Assembly: GCA_017518295.1 (NCBI GenBank)
Contig: JAFWVJ010000012.1
Coordinates: 44,102-108,101 of the forward strand
Direction of reading: 5' to 3'
DNA length: 64,000 bases
Source of the DNA: Clostridia bacterium
GTDB taxonomy: Bacteria; Bacillota; Clostridia; TANB77; UBA1234
The position numbers were made by a program, and so were the translations under genes. The notes beneath the pieces are model-generated. The model was not told the origin of the DNA. It saw nothing but the letters and a program-made list of their open reading frames with translations, and did no database searches. This document shows positions 1 to 10,563 of the stretch, one piece after another. Each line of letters opens with the position of its first letter. The stretch's first letter is position 1.

Positions 1-229
1 TCTATAAATGAAGAATTTGGCATAAATGCCACAATATAATTATTAGAATTAAAAATGCATAAAAATTCGTGATTTTTTCGAGTTTTTGTGCATTTTTTCG
101 TTGACTTTGTCTTTTATTTGTATTAAAATATCAAACGCATGGGTAAAAAGGTAGGCTAACCCGGAAGGCTTACTTCTTTGCGAAAAATAATATGGTTAAT
201 AAAATTCGAATGGAGGTTTAAGTATTACC

Positions 230-655
230 ATGAATAATACTACATATAGCCCAAAGGCTAGCGAAATTGAAAGAAAATGGTACTTAATTGATGCTGATGG
301 CAAAGTTGTTGGTCGTTTAGCTCAAGAAGTTGCTAAATTATTAAAAGGAAAACACAAACCTACATATTCTACACATATGGATATGGGAGATTGCGTTATC
401 GTTATAAATACTGAAAAAATGGTTCTTACTGGCAAAAAAGCTACAGATAAGATCTATACAAGACAAACAGGTTACATTGGTAACATGAAGTCAAAAATGG
501 CTAAAGATATGGACTCTAATGAAATGCTTATGCATGCCGTTAAAGGAATGCTTCCAAAAAACAGCTTAGGTAGAGACATGCTTAAAAAATTAAGAGTATA
601 CAAAGGTGCTGAGCATGAAAACCAAGCTCAAAAACCTGAAGTATATGAGTTTTAA
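230..655 (+). CDS. rplM: 50S ribosomal protein L13
   Basis: [28 protein letters not shown]; GMLPKN motifs. Confidence 0.98.
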   Translation: MNNTTYSPKASEIERKWYLIDADGKVVGRLAQEVAKLLKGKHKPTYSTHMDMGDCVIVINTEKMVLTGKKATDKIYTRQTGYIGNMKSKMAKDMDSNEMLMHAVKGMLPKNSLGRDMLKKLRVYKGAEHENQAQKPEVYEF

Positions 656-668
656 GGAGGAAATATAA

Positions 669-1070
669 ATGGCTAAAAAAGAGACAAACACATTCTATGG
701 TACAGGCAGAAGAAAAAATGCTGTAGCTAGAGTTAGAATTATGCCAGGAAAAGGCAATATAGAAGTTAATGGTATTTCATTAGATGAATACATGCCAACA
801 GACGTTGCTAGAATTATTGTTAAACAACCTTTAGTTATTACAAATACTGAAGGAAAATACGATTTAATCGTTAAAGTTATTGGCGGTGGTTTTTCAGGAC
901 AAGCTGGTGCTATCCGTCATGGCTTATCAAGAGCTTTAGTTAAAGCTAATGCAGAATTCAAGCCTGCTCTTAAAGCTGCTGGATTTATGACAAGAGATCC
1001 TCGTATGAAGGAAAGAAAGAAACCAGGTCTTAAGAAAGCAAGAAAAGCTCCACAATTTAGCAAGAGATAA
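669..1070 (+). CDS. rpsI: 30S ribosomal protein S9
   Basis: [27 protein letters not shown]-terminal PQFSKR. Confidence 0.98.
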   Translation: MAKKETNTFYGTGRRKNAVARVRIMPGKGNIEVNGISLDEYMPTDVARIIVKQPLVITNTEGKYDLIVKVIGGGFSGQAGAIRHGLSRALVKANAEFKPALKAAGFMTRDPRMKERKKPGLKKARKAPQFSKR

Positions 1071-1076
1071 TATTTT

Positions 1077-1148
1077 AAAAAGTCCGTATTTTATACGGAC
1101 TTTTTTGTATGCAAAAACTCCTGTAAGTATCAACTTACAGGAGTTTTG
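1077..1148. terminator. two back-to-back intrinsic terminators between convergent rpsI and fic
   Basis: aaaaagtccgta-ttt-tatacggactttttt and aaaactcctgtaagt-atca-acttacaggagtttt hairpins. Confidence 0.8.
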
Positions 1149-1194
1149 TTGTAGCAACGACCATAGGTTGCCATATGGACATCAGTGATGTCTA

Positions 1195-1962
1195 TTACTT
1201 TTTCACGCCAAGTGCTTTTTCAAAAGTAGAAATCAGATACTTAATTTCAGGCTTTTCAGGAAGACTAGCTTCCAAAAACATATCCCGAATAGAGTATCCA
1301 TAGCCGCCATTTTGAAGTTTAGGCCGGGACAAAATTCTAGAAAAAACTGACATATCGATAGGCATATCATGGTCAATAGCAATAATCTTGATGAATCCAA
1401 GAGTAGCCCTAGTATTTCCATCTCTAAAAGGATGGATTTTCCAGATTTCTACTGCTTTTTCGGCCAATTGCTTAGCAATTTCAGACTTTGTCAATCTTTT
1501 CCACCGAATGGAATTGAGACTGCAAATAGCAGCTCTAAGCTCATATTCCAATCTTTGAAAATCAGAGTATTCAAGAGAGAGACCAGGAATAATGACATCT
1601 TCAATCTTGTAAAGAGGTACGGTTCTGAAGGTGCCAGCCCAGGAATAAATCTCTTTGAAATAATACCGGTGAACGGCGCACAGGAGGTCCATATTAATGG
1701 AACGGCCTTTTGCTGTTTCAGGAGTAAGAATTTTTTCTTTCAGCACTTCATATTCTTTCTCACGAAGTTCATCGTAATCTTGAATGCCGAAAGAGTTGAT
1801 AAGTACTTTAGATGTGGGATATACATACGGATCTTGTTCTTCAGAAAAGGTTCGGTTATGAATATATCCACTTCTAGTCATGATAGGAACAGTAAATGTC
1901 CGGTTAGAATGGGCACTAGATGCATTGTTAGAAGTATCTCTCGAGTTGTAGTTGTACGTCAT
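1195..1962 (-). CDS. Fic family protein (canonical AMPylase motif)
   Basis: HPFRDGNTRA motif; DPYVYP..VLIN N-terminus; YSWAGTFRTV. Confidence 0.9.
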   Translation of the reverse strand: MTYNYNSRDTSNNASSAHSNRTFTVPIMTRSGYIHNRTFSEEQDPYVYPTSKVLINSFGIQDYDELREKEYEVLKEKILTPETAKGRSINMDLLCAVHRYYFKEIYSWAGTFRTVPLYKIEDVIIPGLSLEYSDFQRLEYELRAAICSLNSIRWKRLTKSEIAKQLAEKAVEIWKIHPFRDGNTRATLGFIKIIAIDHDMPIDMSVFSRILSRPKLQNGGYGYSIRDMFLEASLPEKPEIKYLISTFEKALGVKK

Positions 1963-2003
1963 CCTAGCAAAATCTCCTTCCTAAAATATTTTGGAAATCA
2001 TCC

Positions 2004-2070
2004 AAATTATATCATGTTGACATAAAAAGTCAATAACCCGCTTGAAAAGTTAACATAATTGTGATAAAAT
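2004..2070. promoter_or_regulatory. divergent sigma70-type promoters carrying GTTRACATAA motif
   Basis: minus strand TTGACT-17-TATAAT; plus strand TTGAAA-17-TAAAAT; both have an extended -10 TG. Confidence 0.65.
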
Positions 2071-2133
2071 AATACCGTGTTAAAAATCCCATCATAGCAC
2101 TACAATTATAGTGCTAAATATTTTAAGGAGGAT

Positions 2134-3768
2134 TTGTCTATGTTGGTTCTTACTCTGGTTATCTGTTCCCTTCTGAGCGGTGCGGCGTGGTTTATCATGA
2201 TTCCCGCATTTTCAATGGTTAGCTCGGCACTTCCTTGGTTTCTCTTTATAGTTGCATTCATTTTCAGTGTTGGCCTTTCTTTCTACAATGCAAACAATGA
2301 TGACAGTACATTACTATTTGCAATCCCTTGGTCTATAACACTATTCATATTTGTTTTCATCGTTGTCGTTGCTTTGATTAGTGCTCCCATTTTTAATTCG
2401 AATCCGTATCGGGAAGCTATTACAATTGAGCAAGGTAACTTTGAAGATGAATTTGAAGAACTTACTGCTGGTGAAACTTATGCCTTGCTTGACTTAGACA
2501 CTGCCCAAAGGCTTGGTGACAGAGTGCTTGGTAAAGTCCCAAATGCTACTTGGTATAATGTTTCTCAGGAGTACAACTTGATTAAATATCAGGGAAAGTA
2601 CTATCGGATTAGCCCTCTTGAGTACCGTGACTTGTTTGCATATTTTAAAGCAAAGAGCTCTGGTATTCCTGGCTATGTAATTGTGGACGTTGGGACTAAG
2701 GAAGCAAAGTTTGTCCAAACTACTGATCCTATTACTGTGAGCACAAGCGGAAAGTTTTCACAAAATCTTTCTCGTGTGCTTAGAGCACAATTTCCGTCTT
2801 ATGTTTTTGATCAGTCCTTTATGGAAATTGATGATGACGGAAATCCTTATTGGGTAACAGCAGTACTTAAGGCAAACGCTGGTCTTTGGGGTGCTCGTGT
2901 AGCTCAGGGATATGTTCTTACAAATGCATGTACACGCGAAAGTAAGTACTATTCTATTGAGGAAGAAAAACCTGAATGGCTTGACCATTTGTATTCACTT
3001 GATTACCTTATGGAGAAAGCCGCATGGCACTATAACTTAGTTCATGGTTGGTGGAATGTCAGTCATACAGATGTATTTAATACCACATATTCTTATAAAC
3101 GTGGTGCAAGCTCCAAAACAGGAGAGCCTGCATTCTATGGATATAATACTGCGGTATCTAAAGATGGTCGCATCAAAGTCTATACTGGTCTGACACCTGC
3201 TAACAACACTGAATCCAACGTGGGATTCTTGATGATAGATTGTGTTTCTGGAGAGTATAAGTACTACGATATTCCTGGTGCTGAAGAAAGTTCTGCTCAG
3301 TCTGTAGTAGAGGGTATTATTCAGCAGATGGGATACGAGTCAACTTTCCCGGTAATGGTTAAGATTGCAGGTAACCCTGCTTATCTTATGAATCTTAAAG
3401 ATAAGTCTGGTTTGATTCAAAGATATGCAATCGTTAACTATTTAAACTACAGTCAAGCTTTCGTTGGAACCACTTTCGAAGAAACGCTTGATGGTTATCT
3501 TGAGTTAATCGGTGAAAAGAAAGAAGAACCGGTTATCATCGAAGAACCTGCTGAGATTTTCGAAGCAGAAGGCGTTATCTTAGAAAAGTACCAAGCTGAG
3601 GTTAATGGCACGACCTACTTCTACTATGTGATTGATGATGAACTCTACAAAGCATCAATTCTCATAAATGAAGCACAGGTAATGTTTAAGCCCGGCTATC
3701 GAGTAAAGCTTTCATATAAGACTATGAATGGTATGAATGTTGTTACTCAGATTGAAAAAAATCCTTAA
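2134..3768 (+). CDS. conserved membrane protein of unknown function (3 N-terminal TM helices plus large soluble domain)
   Basis: 544 aa ORF, RBS aaggagg, TTG start, hydrophobic N-terminus. Confidence 0.75.
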   Translation: MSMLVLTLVICSLLSGAAWFIMIPAFSMVSSALPWFLFIVAFIFSVGLSFYNANNDDSTLLFAIPWSITLFIFVFIVVVALISAPIFNSNPYREAITIEQGNFEDEFEELTAGETYALLDLDTAQRLGDRVLGKVPNATWYNVSQEYNLIKYQGKYYRISPLEYRDLFAYFKAKSSGIPGYVIVDVGTKEAKFVQTTDPITVSTSGKFSQNLSRVLRAQFPSYVFDQSFMEIDDDGNPYWVTAVLKANAGLWGARVAQGYVLTNACTRESKYYSIEEEKPEWLDHLYSLDYLMEKAAWHYNLVHGWWNVSHTDVFNTTYSYKRGASSKTGEPAFYGYNTAVSKDGRIKVYTGLTPANNTESNVGFLMIDCVSGEYKYYDIPGAEESSAQSVVEGIIQQMGYESTFPVMVKIAGNPAYLMNLKDKSGLIQRYAIVNYLNYSQAFVGTTFEETLDGYLELIGEKKEEPVIIEEPAEIFEAEGVILEKYQAEVNGTTYFYYVIDDELYKASILINEAQVMFKPGYRVKLSYKTMNGMNVVTQIEKNP

Positions 3769-3776
3769 ATTGACCT

Positions 3777-3848
3777 TTGCGGTGGCAGTTGCCACCGCAT
3801 TTTTTTTATGCAAAAAAATCCCTTCGTAAAAATACGAAGGGATTAAAA
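3777..3848. terminator. two back-to-back intrinsic terminators
   Basis: tgcggtggca-gt-tgccaccgca+T tract; aatcccttcgta-aaaa-tacgaagggatt. Confidence 0.75.
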
Positions 3849-3854
3849 TGCTAA

Positions 3855-4373
3855 TTATTTACCAAGAGCAATTACTTCAGTCATTGTTGCAAATCTATGC
3901 TTAGAAAGCTTTCTGGCAAATTGACCAGGGGTAATATGCTGCCTATTTTCGAGCATTTCAAAATCGATTTCTTTATGGATAAACCTATTAAATATCTTGA
4001 GAAACTGCCTTCTTTTTAGATGGCGATTTTTAAGTGCATCAGCAAGGACGAGTGTATATTTGTCACCAAGCAATGAATCAATAATGTCGTCAAACTTTGT
4101 ATACTCAGCAACACATGATCTTAAGCATTCATCTTCGCTTTGAGAGATTTTCTTAATAACATCATATTCAGTATTAGGATTTTTGGCAAGTGCGCATAAA
4201 ACTCCATAAGTATCTTCATCAGCAGCATCTTCACAATCCGTTGGTCGAAGCTTGTACTTTTCTAAAGTACTGAAAATCTCGGTAAGATTATCTGGATTTG
4301 TTTCAAAAAGAGCAACTTCATAAAGGAATCTATATGAGCATTTTTTGGGGTCCACTTCGAGATGTACGATCAA
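3855..4373 (-). CDS. hypothetical protein, LRV/HEAT-like helical repeats
   Basis: ALAKNPNT and DALKNRHL repeat-like motifs. Confidence 0.55.
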   Translation of the reverse strand: MIVHLEVDPKKCSYRFLYEVALFETNPDNLTEIFSTLEKYKLRPTDCEDAADEDTYGVLCALAKNPNTEYDVIKKISQSEDECLRSCVAEYTKFDDIIDSLLGDKYTLVLADALKNRHLKRRQFLKIFNRFIHKEIDFEMLENRQHITPGQFARKLSKHRFATMTEVIALGK

Positions 4374-4542
4374 ACCTTGCCACCTTCCTTTTCTTAATAA
4401 TATGAGTAACCGGTAAAATTATACCATGTTGACATAAAAAGTCAACTACATATGTTGAAGAAAAGTCTAATCTATGATAAAATATTAGACTGACTATTGC
4501 AAAACAAGAAGCGAAAAATAGTGCTTATATAGGGAGAATTAT

Positions 4543-7392
4543 ATGAATGATTTTATAGAAATTAGAGGCGCAAAAGTAAATAACTTAAAAGACATCAGTC
4601 TTAAGATTCCTAGAAATAAATTAGTAGTTGTCACAGGTTTATCAGGTTCTGGGAAATCTAGTTTGGCATTCGATACAATTTATGCTGAAGGACAAAGAAG
4701 ATATGTTGAGAGTTTAAGCTCTTATGCAAGACAATTTTTAGGCATAATGGAAAAACCAGATGTTGAGATGATAGATGGATTATCTCCAGCTATTTCTATT
4801 GCTCAAAAAACAACTTCAAAAAATCCTCGTTCAACAGTTGGAACAGTTACAGAAATATATGATTATTTAAGATTGATGTTTGCTCGTATAGGAAAACCTC
4901 ACTGCCCAAAATGTGGCAAAGAGATTAAGCAACAATCAATCGATCAAATAGTAGATAGCGTTTTAGAATTAGGTGAAGGTACTAAGATTCAAATATTAGC
5001 TCCAGTTGTGAGAGGCAAAAAAGGTGAATACTCAAAACTTTTTGAAGATGCCAAGAAAGATGGTTTTGTAAGAGTTAGAGTAGATGGCCAAATGTTTGAA
5101 CTAGGCGAAGATGAAATCGAGCTTAATAAAAATAAAAAGCATAATATAGAAATTGTTGTAGATAGATTAATAGTAAAAGAAGATATAAAAAATAGATTAA
5201 ATGATTCATTGGAAACAGCTTTAAAATATGCTAATAAACTAGTTTTAGTAGATGTTATGCCAAAAGCAGAAGATGGTAAGAAGTCTAAGAATAATGAAAT
5301 ACTATTCTCACAAAATTATGCTTGCCCTGATTGTGGAATATCTATTGATGAATTAACACCAAGAATGTTTTCATTTAATAATCCATTTGGTGCTTGTCCA
5401 GTTTGTTCTGGTATTGGTAATTTAATGAAGATGGACCCAGATAGAGTAATACCAGATAGAAGTGTATCGCTTTTAGATGGTGCGATTCATGGTATGGGTT
5501 GGAGCAAAGATAAAGAAGGTTCAATGGGATTAATGTATCTTAAATCTTTGGCAGATCACTATGGAGTAGACATAGATGTTCCATTTGAAGATTTACCAGA
5601 GGACTTTCAAGATATTATTTTATATGGTACAGGTGAAGAAAAAATTCATTTTGTATATGAAAGTTCAACTGGTAAAAGAACTTTTGATGCTCCTTTTGAA
5701 GGAGTAATAAATACTATGGAAAGAAGATATAGAGAAACTTCTTCAAATGGTATGAGAGAATTTTATGAATATTATATGTCATCATCAGATTGTCCAGAAT
5801 GCGGCGGAGCAAGACTTTCAAAAGAAGCTTTAGCGGTAACTGTTAATGATAAAAATATTCATGAACTAACTAATATGTCTATTAGTAAGCTTTTAGATTT
5901 TATAAATCAAGTTAAGCTTTCTGAAAAAGATCAAATTATATGTAAGCAAATTTTTAAAGAACTTAAAGCACGCTTAGGATTTTTGAAAGATGTTGGACTT
6001 GAGTATTTAACACTTTCTCGTAATGCTGGAACTTTATCTGGAGGAGAAGCACAAAGAATTAGACTTGCTACTCAAATTGGTTCTGGATTAATGGGAGTTT
6101 TATATATTTTAGATGAGCCAAGTATTGGACTTCATCAAAGAGACAATAGTAAGCTTTTAGATTCTCTTAAAAAGTTAAGAGATTTAGGAAATACTTTAAT
6201 AGTAGTTGAACATGATGAAGATACAATGTATGCAGCAGATCATATTATAGATATTGGTCCTGGCGCAGGTATTCATGGTGGATATGTAATTGCAGAAGGA
6301 ACTGCAGAAGAGATCAAAAAGTTTCCAGAATCAATCACAGGTCAATACTTAAGCGGTAAGCTTAAGATTCCTGTTCCTTCAAAGAGAAGAAAAGGCAACG
6401 GAGAAAAACTAGAAATGATTGGAGCTTCACAAAATAATCTTAAAGATGTAGATGTTAAAATACCTCTTGGATTATTAACTGTAGTGACAGGTGTTTCTGG
6501 TTCAGGAAAATCTAGTTTAATAAATGAAACTCTTTGTAAGTATTTAGCTCAAAAACTAAATAAGAGTTCAGATAGACCAGGAAAGATTAAGAAGATAAAA
6601 GGAATTGAAAATTTAGATAAAGTAATTAATATAGATCAATCACCAATCGGTAGAACGCCACGTTCTAATCCAGCAACTTATACAGGTGTATTTGATTTAA
6701 TTAGAGATTTGTTTGTTGAAACACAAGATGCAAAAATGAGAGGCTATAGCAAAGGAAGATTTAGCTTCAATGTGCCTGGTGGAAGATGCGAAACATGTCA
6801 AGGTGATGGAATTATTAGAATTGAAATGCACTTTTTATCTGATGTATATGTACCTTGTGATGTATGTAAAGGAAAAAGATATAATAGAGAAACTCTAGAA
6901 GTAAAGTACAAAGGGAAATCTATTTCTGATGTTTTAGATATGAGTGTAGAAGAAGCATTAGAATTTTTCAAAAATGTTCCTAGAATAAAAACAAAACTTC
7001 AAACATTATATGATGTTGGCCTTGGCTATATTAAACTTGGACAAAGTTCAACAACTCTTTCTGGAGGAGAAGCACAAAGAGTAAAACTTGCAACAGAGCT
7101 TTCTAAAAAATCTACAGGAAAAACTATGTATATTTTAGATGAGCCTACTACTGGACTTCATATGGCAGATGTTCATAGACTAATTGAAATATTAAATAGA
7201 TTAGTAGATGCTGGAAATAGCATGATTATTATTGAACACAATTTAGATGTAATTAAAGTTGCAGACTATATAATCGACTTAGGACCAGAAGGAGGAGATA
7301 ATGGTGGCACAATAGTAGCTACTGGTACTCCTGAACAAATTGCAAAATGTAAAGAATCATATACAGGACAATTTTTAAAGAAAGTATTATAA
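4543..7392 (+). CDS. uvrA: excinuclease ABC subunit A
   Basis: two ABC domains ([26 protein letters not shown] twice) and Zn fingers. Confidence 0.99.
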   Translation: MNDFIEIRGAKVNNLKDISLKIPRNKLVVVTGLSGSGKSSLAFDTIYAEGQRRYVESLSSYARQFLGIMEKPDVEMIDGLSPAISIAQKTTSKNPRSTVGTVTEIYDYLRLMFARIGKPHCPKCGKEIKQQSIDQIVDSVLELGEGTKIQILAPVVRGKKGEYSKLFEDAKKDGFVRVRVDGQMFELGEDEIELNKNKKHNIEIVVDRLIVKEDIKNRLNDSLETALKYANKLVLVDVMPKAEDGKKSKNNEILFSQNYACPDCGISIDELTPRMFSFNNPFGACPVCSGIGNLMKMDPDRVIPDRSVSLLDGAIHGMGWSKDKEGSMGLMYLKSLADHYGVDIDVPFEDLPEDFQDIILYGTGEEKIHFVYESSTGKRTFDAPFEGVINTMERRYRETSSNGMREFYEYYMSSSDCPECGGARLSKEALAVTVNDKNIHELTNMSISKLLDFINQVKLSEKDQIICKQIFKELKARLGFLKDVGLEYLTLSRNAGTLSGGEAQRIRLATQIGSGLMGVLYILDEPSIGLHQRDNSKLLDSLKKLRDLGNTLIVVEHDEDTMYAADHIIDIGPGAGIHGGYVIAEGTAEEIKKFPESITGQYLSGKLKIPVPSKRRKGNGEKLEMIGASQNNLKDVDVKIPLGLLTVVTGVSGSGKSSLINETLCKYLAQKLNKSSDRPGKIKKIKGIENLDKVINIDQSPIGRTPRSNPATYTGVFDLIRDLFVETQDAKMRGYSKGRFSFNVPGGRCETCQGDGIIRIEMHFLSDVYVPCDVCKGKRYNRETLEVKYKGKSISDVLDMSVEEALEFFKNVPRIKTKLQTLYDVGLGYIKLGQSSTTLSGGEAQRVKLATELSKKSTGKTMYILDEPTTGLHMADVHRLIEILNRLVDAGNSMIIIEHNLDVIKVADYIIDLGPEGGDNGGTIVATGTPEQIAKCKESYTGQFLKKVL

Positions 7393-7444
7393 ATACATTA
7401 CATAGTTGAAAAGATTATATAAATAAACTAAACTATTTATAGAG

Positions 7445-7708
7445 GTGGTTAGGTTGAAAAGTTTGTTATTAGATGATATTTATCCTGAAATTGTCAACGT
7501 ACCATTATATGGTGTTGAAGATCCTACAGCAGATACGCCAACTAATGTAACTATAATAGCTGCTATTTTATTGGTAGTTATAGGAGTTGTAGTTGGAATT
7601 ACAATGTTTTTTAAAAAGAAAAAATCAAAAGAAATAGAAAAACAAAAGAGCAATTTGGAAAACACAGGTGCTAGGCTTTATGGGTCTCCAAGACCTCCAA
7701 AGCTATAA
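7445..7708 (+). CDS. single-TM small protein with two LYG motifs (candidate radical SAM substrate)
   Basis: LYGVEDP before the TM helix and LYGSPRP at the C-terminus; start may be TTG at 7454. Confidence 0.65.
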   Translation: MVRLKSLLLDDIYPEIVNVPLYGVEDPTADTPTNVTIIAAILLVVIGVVVGITMFFKKKKSKEIEKQKSNLENTGARLYGSPRPPKL

Positions 7709-7722
7709 ATTAAATATAATAA

Positions 7723-7753
7723 TAAAAAAGCGACCATTTAGGTCGCTTTTTTT
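7723..7753. terminator. bidirectional intrinsic terminator
   Basis: aaaaaagcgacc-attta-ggtcgctttttt. Confidence 0.8.
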
Positions 7754-8648
7754 ATTCGTGCTCATTTGATTTTAATATTTCTTTGCATAATTCTCTTATG
7801 TTTTGTAAGTTGATAGGACTTTTACTTTTATCTCTTGGCTTTTCAGAATTATAATAGTCGATTCCATTAGACACATATCTTCCAAATAATTTAGTTGCTT
7901 GCATTACTTTACTTGCAAACTTATATGATGGGCGAGTAATCATCCTTATAGGGTTGTTTAAAGCTCTTTCTCCTTTTTGTAAAGTGTTTTGTAATTCAGG
8001 ATTATCTAAAAATTGAGTGTTATATATAAAGAAAGAATTTCCTTTCATTTTTGCAATTTTTACTTTAAGCATAGGAGCTTTTCTAACGAATTGTTCATAA
8101 ACTTCTTGAGCTTTTTTTCTATCATATGGATCTTCAATTCCTCTATAATCTGGCTTTACCCAAGCATACTGACTAGCCATAGAAGAAAGAAACATAAATT
8201 CTTCAAGTTTTTTTGGAGCTTTTGGCATTAAATTTTCTCTTGAGCTACACATTGCTTTTATTTTATTTGCATAGTCTAAATTCCTTTCGGATAATTCCTT
8301 AAACCAACTTGCATTTTGATTAAATTTATATTGTTCCATTGCATAAGGGCCATGTATTAAACCATTTTGACGTAAATTTTCTTCAGCTGTTCTTATAATT
8401 AGATTGTGATTTGTTTCTACTTTTGCATAGAATTCTTCAATAGCAAGTATTAGATTTGTAACTTCAGATCTTGTGATTTTTTCACTAGATTCGTAAATTC
8501 TATTTTCATAGTCATTTATAAGAGTAGCCATTTTAGATAGAAGAGAGTGTTGCTGATTTGCAAGTATATGAAGTTTGCCATCTTTGTCATCAGACCTATT
8601 TAGTCCCATAGCATATTCTTTATATTCTTGTTTATCCATATATATCAC
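7752..8648 (-). CDS. hypothetical protein
   Basis: 298 aa ORF with RBS (aaaggagtg) upstream. Confidence 0.65.
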   Translation of the reverse strand: MIYMDKQEYKEYAMGLNRSDDKDGKLHILANQQHSLLSKMATLINDYENRIYESSEKITRSEVTNLILAIEEFYAKVETNHNLIIRTAEENLRQNGLIHGPYAMEQYKFNQNASWFKELSERNLDYANKIKAMCSSRENLMPKAPKKLEEFMFLSSMASQYAWVKPDYRGIEDPYDRKKAQEVYEQFVRKAPMLKVKIAKMKGNSFFIYNTQFLDNPELQNTLQKGERALNNPIRMITRPSYKFASKVMQATKLFGRYVSNGIDYYNSEKPRDKSKSPINLQNIRELCKEILKSNEHE

Positions 8649-8817
8649 TCCTTTCTAGTTAGACTACACATTTATTATACCACATTTTTGGGTTTATTTC
8701 ATTATTTATGAGTCAAAAACGGTATATTTTTTGTTGATTATGCATATTTAGTAAGGTAAAATTAAAGGTAGTTAGAGTTTTTTTAAATTTGTAATTTAGC
8801 AAAAAAGAAGGTATGGT

Positions 8818-9033
8818 GTGATGGATATTTTTGGGCTTATACTTTATGTTTTAATTTTTATCGTTATAGTTTTTTTAATATGTTTGATTGTAATAATGTT
8901 TAAAAGATACCAAGCGGTTATGCAATATAAAGCGAAAATGCTTAATCATATGCCTGAAGATTTATATGGCTGTCCTAAACCAGAAGATAACCCTATCGAA
9001 GAAGATAACCCTATTAAAGAAGATAAAAATTAG
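8818..9033 (+). CDS. single-TM small protein with LYGCP motif (candidate radical SAM substrate)
   Basis: N-terminal TM helix, DLYGCPKP, duplicated EDNPI; directly upstream of the rSAM gene. Confidence 0.7.
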   Translation: MMDIFGLILYVLIFIVIVFLICLIVIMFKRYQAVMQYKAKMLNHMPEDLYGCPKPEDNPIEEDNPIKEDKN

Positions 9034-9056
9034 TTATTATTTGTTCGAGGTGAGAA

Positions 9057-10148
9057 ATGTTTGATAGATTCAAAAATTTAGGAAAAATGACAATTGCAAA
9101 AGATTTAAGGGATGAGCAATTAGAAAAACATGATTTAATAGATTTGTTTTGGGAATGCACACTTTCTTGTAATGCTAAATGCAAACATTGTGGAAGCAGT
9201 GCGGAAGGAAAGAAGTATCCAGGAGAATTAACTACCGAAGAAGCAAAAGCAGCATTTAAACAAATAGCAGATTCATTTGATGCCCATAAAATTCTAATTA
9301 ATGTTACTGGCGGTGAGCCATTAGTAAGACAAGATTTGTGTGAAGTAATGGAATATGCATCAAAAGAACTTGGATTTTTTTGGGGAATGACATCAAATGG
9401 AATATTATTAAATGATGAGAATATTGAAAAATTAAAAAAAGCTAAAATGGCTACAATTTCAATTAGTATTGATGGTCTTGAAAAAACGCATGATGAATTT
9501 AGAGGGGTTCCTGGTTCTTACAATATTATTCTTGAAAATATAAAAAAATTAAGAAAAGCAAATTTCGTTGATCATATTCAAGTAACAACAGTTGTGCATA
9601 AAAGAAATATAAATGAATTAGATGAATTATATGAAGTGATGAAAGGACTTAAGCTAGATTCATGGAGGCTTGCATCAATGGATCCAATTGGTAGAGCAAA
9701 TGATAATAAAGATTTACTATTAGATGGTAAAGATTTAAAAAGGCTTTTGGATTTTATAGTTGCAAAGAATAAATTAAAAGAACTTAGAATGGATTATGGC
9801 TGTCCAGGATTTTTAGGAGTAAAGTATGAAACAAAAGCAAGACCGTGGGCTTTTAATTGTAGAACAGGTATAAATGTAGCAAGCATTCTATACAACGGAG
9901 ATTTATTTGTTTGCCCTAATGTTCCTAGAATAAAAAGTCTGATGCAAGGAAATATTAAGAAAGATAACTTTAAAGAAGTATGGGAAAATAAGTATAAAGA
10001 GTTTAGAACAAAAGATAGAACAAAATGTACAGAATGTGAAACATGCACCTGGTGGGATTATTGCTTAGGTGGAGCATTTCATACTTGGAATTTTGAAGAA
10101 AATATTCAAAATAAATGTCCATATAAAATGATGAAAGGAGAAAAGTAA
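9057..10148 (+). CDS. radical SAM/SPASM maturase, rSAM/lipoprotein-system (splicease)-like
   Basis: CNAKCKHC, TGGEPL, SPASM CRTG..NGDLFVCP..GNI..CETCTWWDYCLGG. Confidence 0.9.
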   Translation: MFDRFKNLGKMTIAKDLRDEQLEKHDLIDLFWECTLSCNAKCKHCGSSAEGKKYPGELTTEEAKAAFKQIADSFDAHKILINVTGGEPLVRQDLCEVMEYASKELGFFWGMTSNGILLNDENIEKLKKAKMATISISIDGLEKTHDEFRGVPGSYNIILENIKKLRKANFVDHIQVTTVVHKRNINELDELYEVMKGLKLDSWRLASMDPIGRANDNKDLLLDGKDLKRLLDFIVAKNKLKELRMDYGCPGFLGVKYETKARPWAFNCRTGINVASILYNGDLFVCPNVPRIKSLMQGNIKKDNFKEVWENKYKEFRTKDRTKCTECETCTWWDYCLGGAFHTWNFEENIQNKCPYKMMKGEK

Positions 10149-10149
10149 A

Positions 10150-10548
10150 ATGCAAAACAAAATGAAAAAAGCATTAGTTGCTGTTGCGGGTATATTAGGA
10201 GCATCGTTGTTATCAGGATGTGGTGAAAAACCAATTGAAGCGGTGTATGGTGTTCCAGCAGATATAACGGTTAAGAATTCTAATGAGTCTTTTTCACAAT
10301 ATATAGGGTATAATAAAGACATAAATGATATAAAAGCATTGATTGAAAAGATAGAGTTTGAAAATGAGTATAATGGCGGGCAAAAGGAATCGACAATGAC
10401 AGATGATATTGTTTATCCAATTATTAAATATACAGGACCTAGCGTTGAAGAATTAGATAAAGAAGCATTTTATATAGTCAAAATTGAAAAGTATAATGAA
10501 AGTGGTCTTATAAGTGAGATAAGCGTTAAAGACGAAATGGATTTATAA
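10150..10548 (+). CDS. lipoprotein with VYGVP motif shortly after the lipobox
   Basis: signal peptide with lipobox LSGC, then GEKPIEAVYGVP. Confidence 0.8.
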   Translation: MQNKMKKALVAVAGILGASLLSGCGEKPIEAVYGVPADITVKNSNESFSQYIGYNKDINDIKALIEKIEFENEYNGGQKESTMTDDIVYPIIKYTGPSVEELDKEAFYIVKIEKYNESGLISEISVKDEMDL

Positions 10549-10563
10549 GAAAGGTGAATTAAT

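Noticed and set aside
137-200. L13 leader RNA upstream of rplM
   Set aside because: Position is plausible but the consensus could not be verified by eye
1369-2025. 218 aa plus-strand ORF
   Set aside because: Antisense shadow of the fic gene, which has a clear catalytic motif
7670-7708. Possible +1 shift at in-frame AGG near the end of ORF 7445
   Set aside because: The zero frame encodes the LYGSP motif, and AGG is read in frame in conserved genes such as the rSAM
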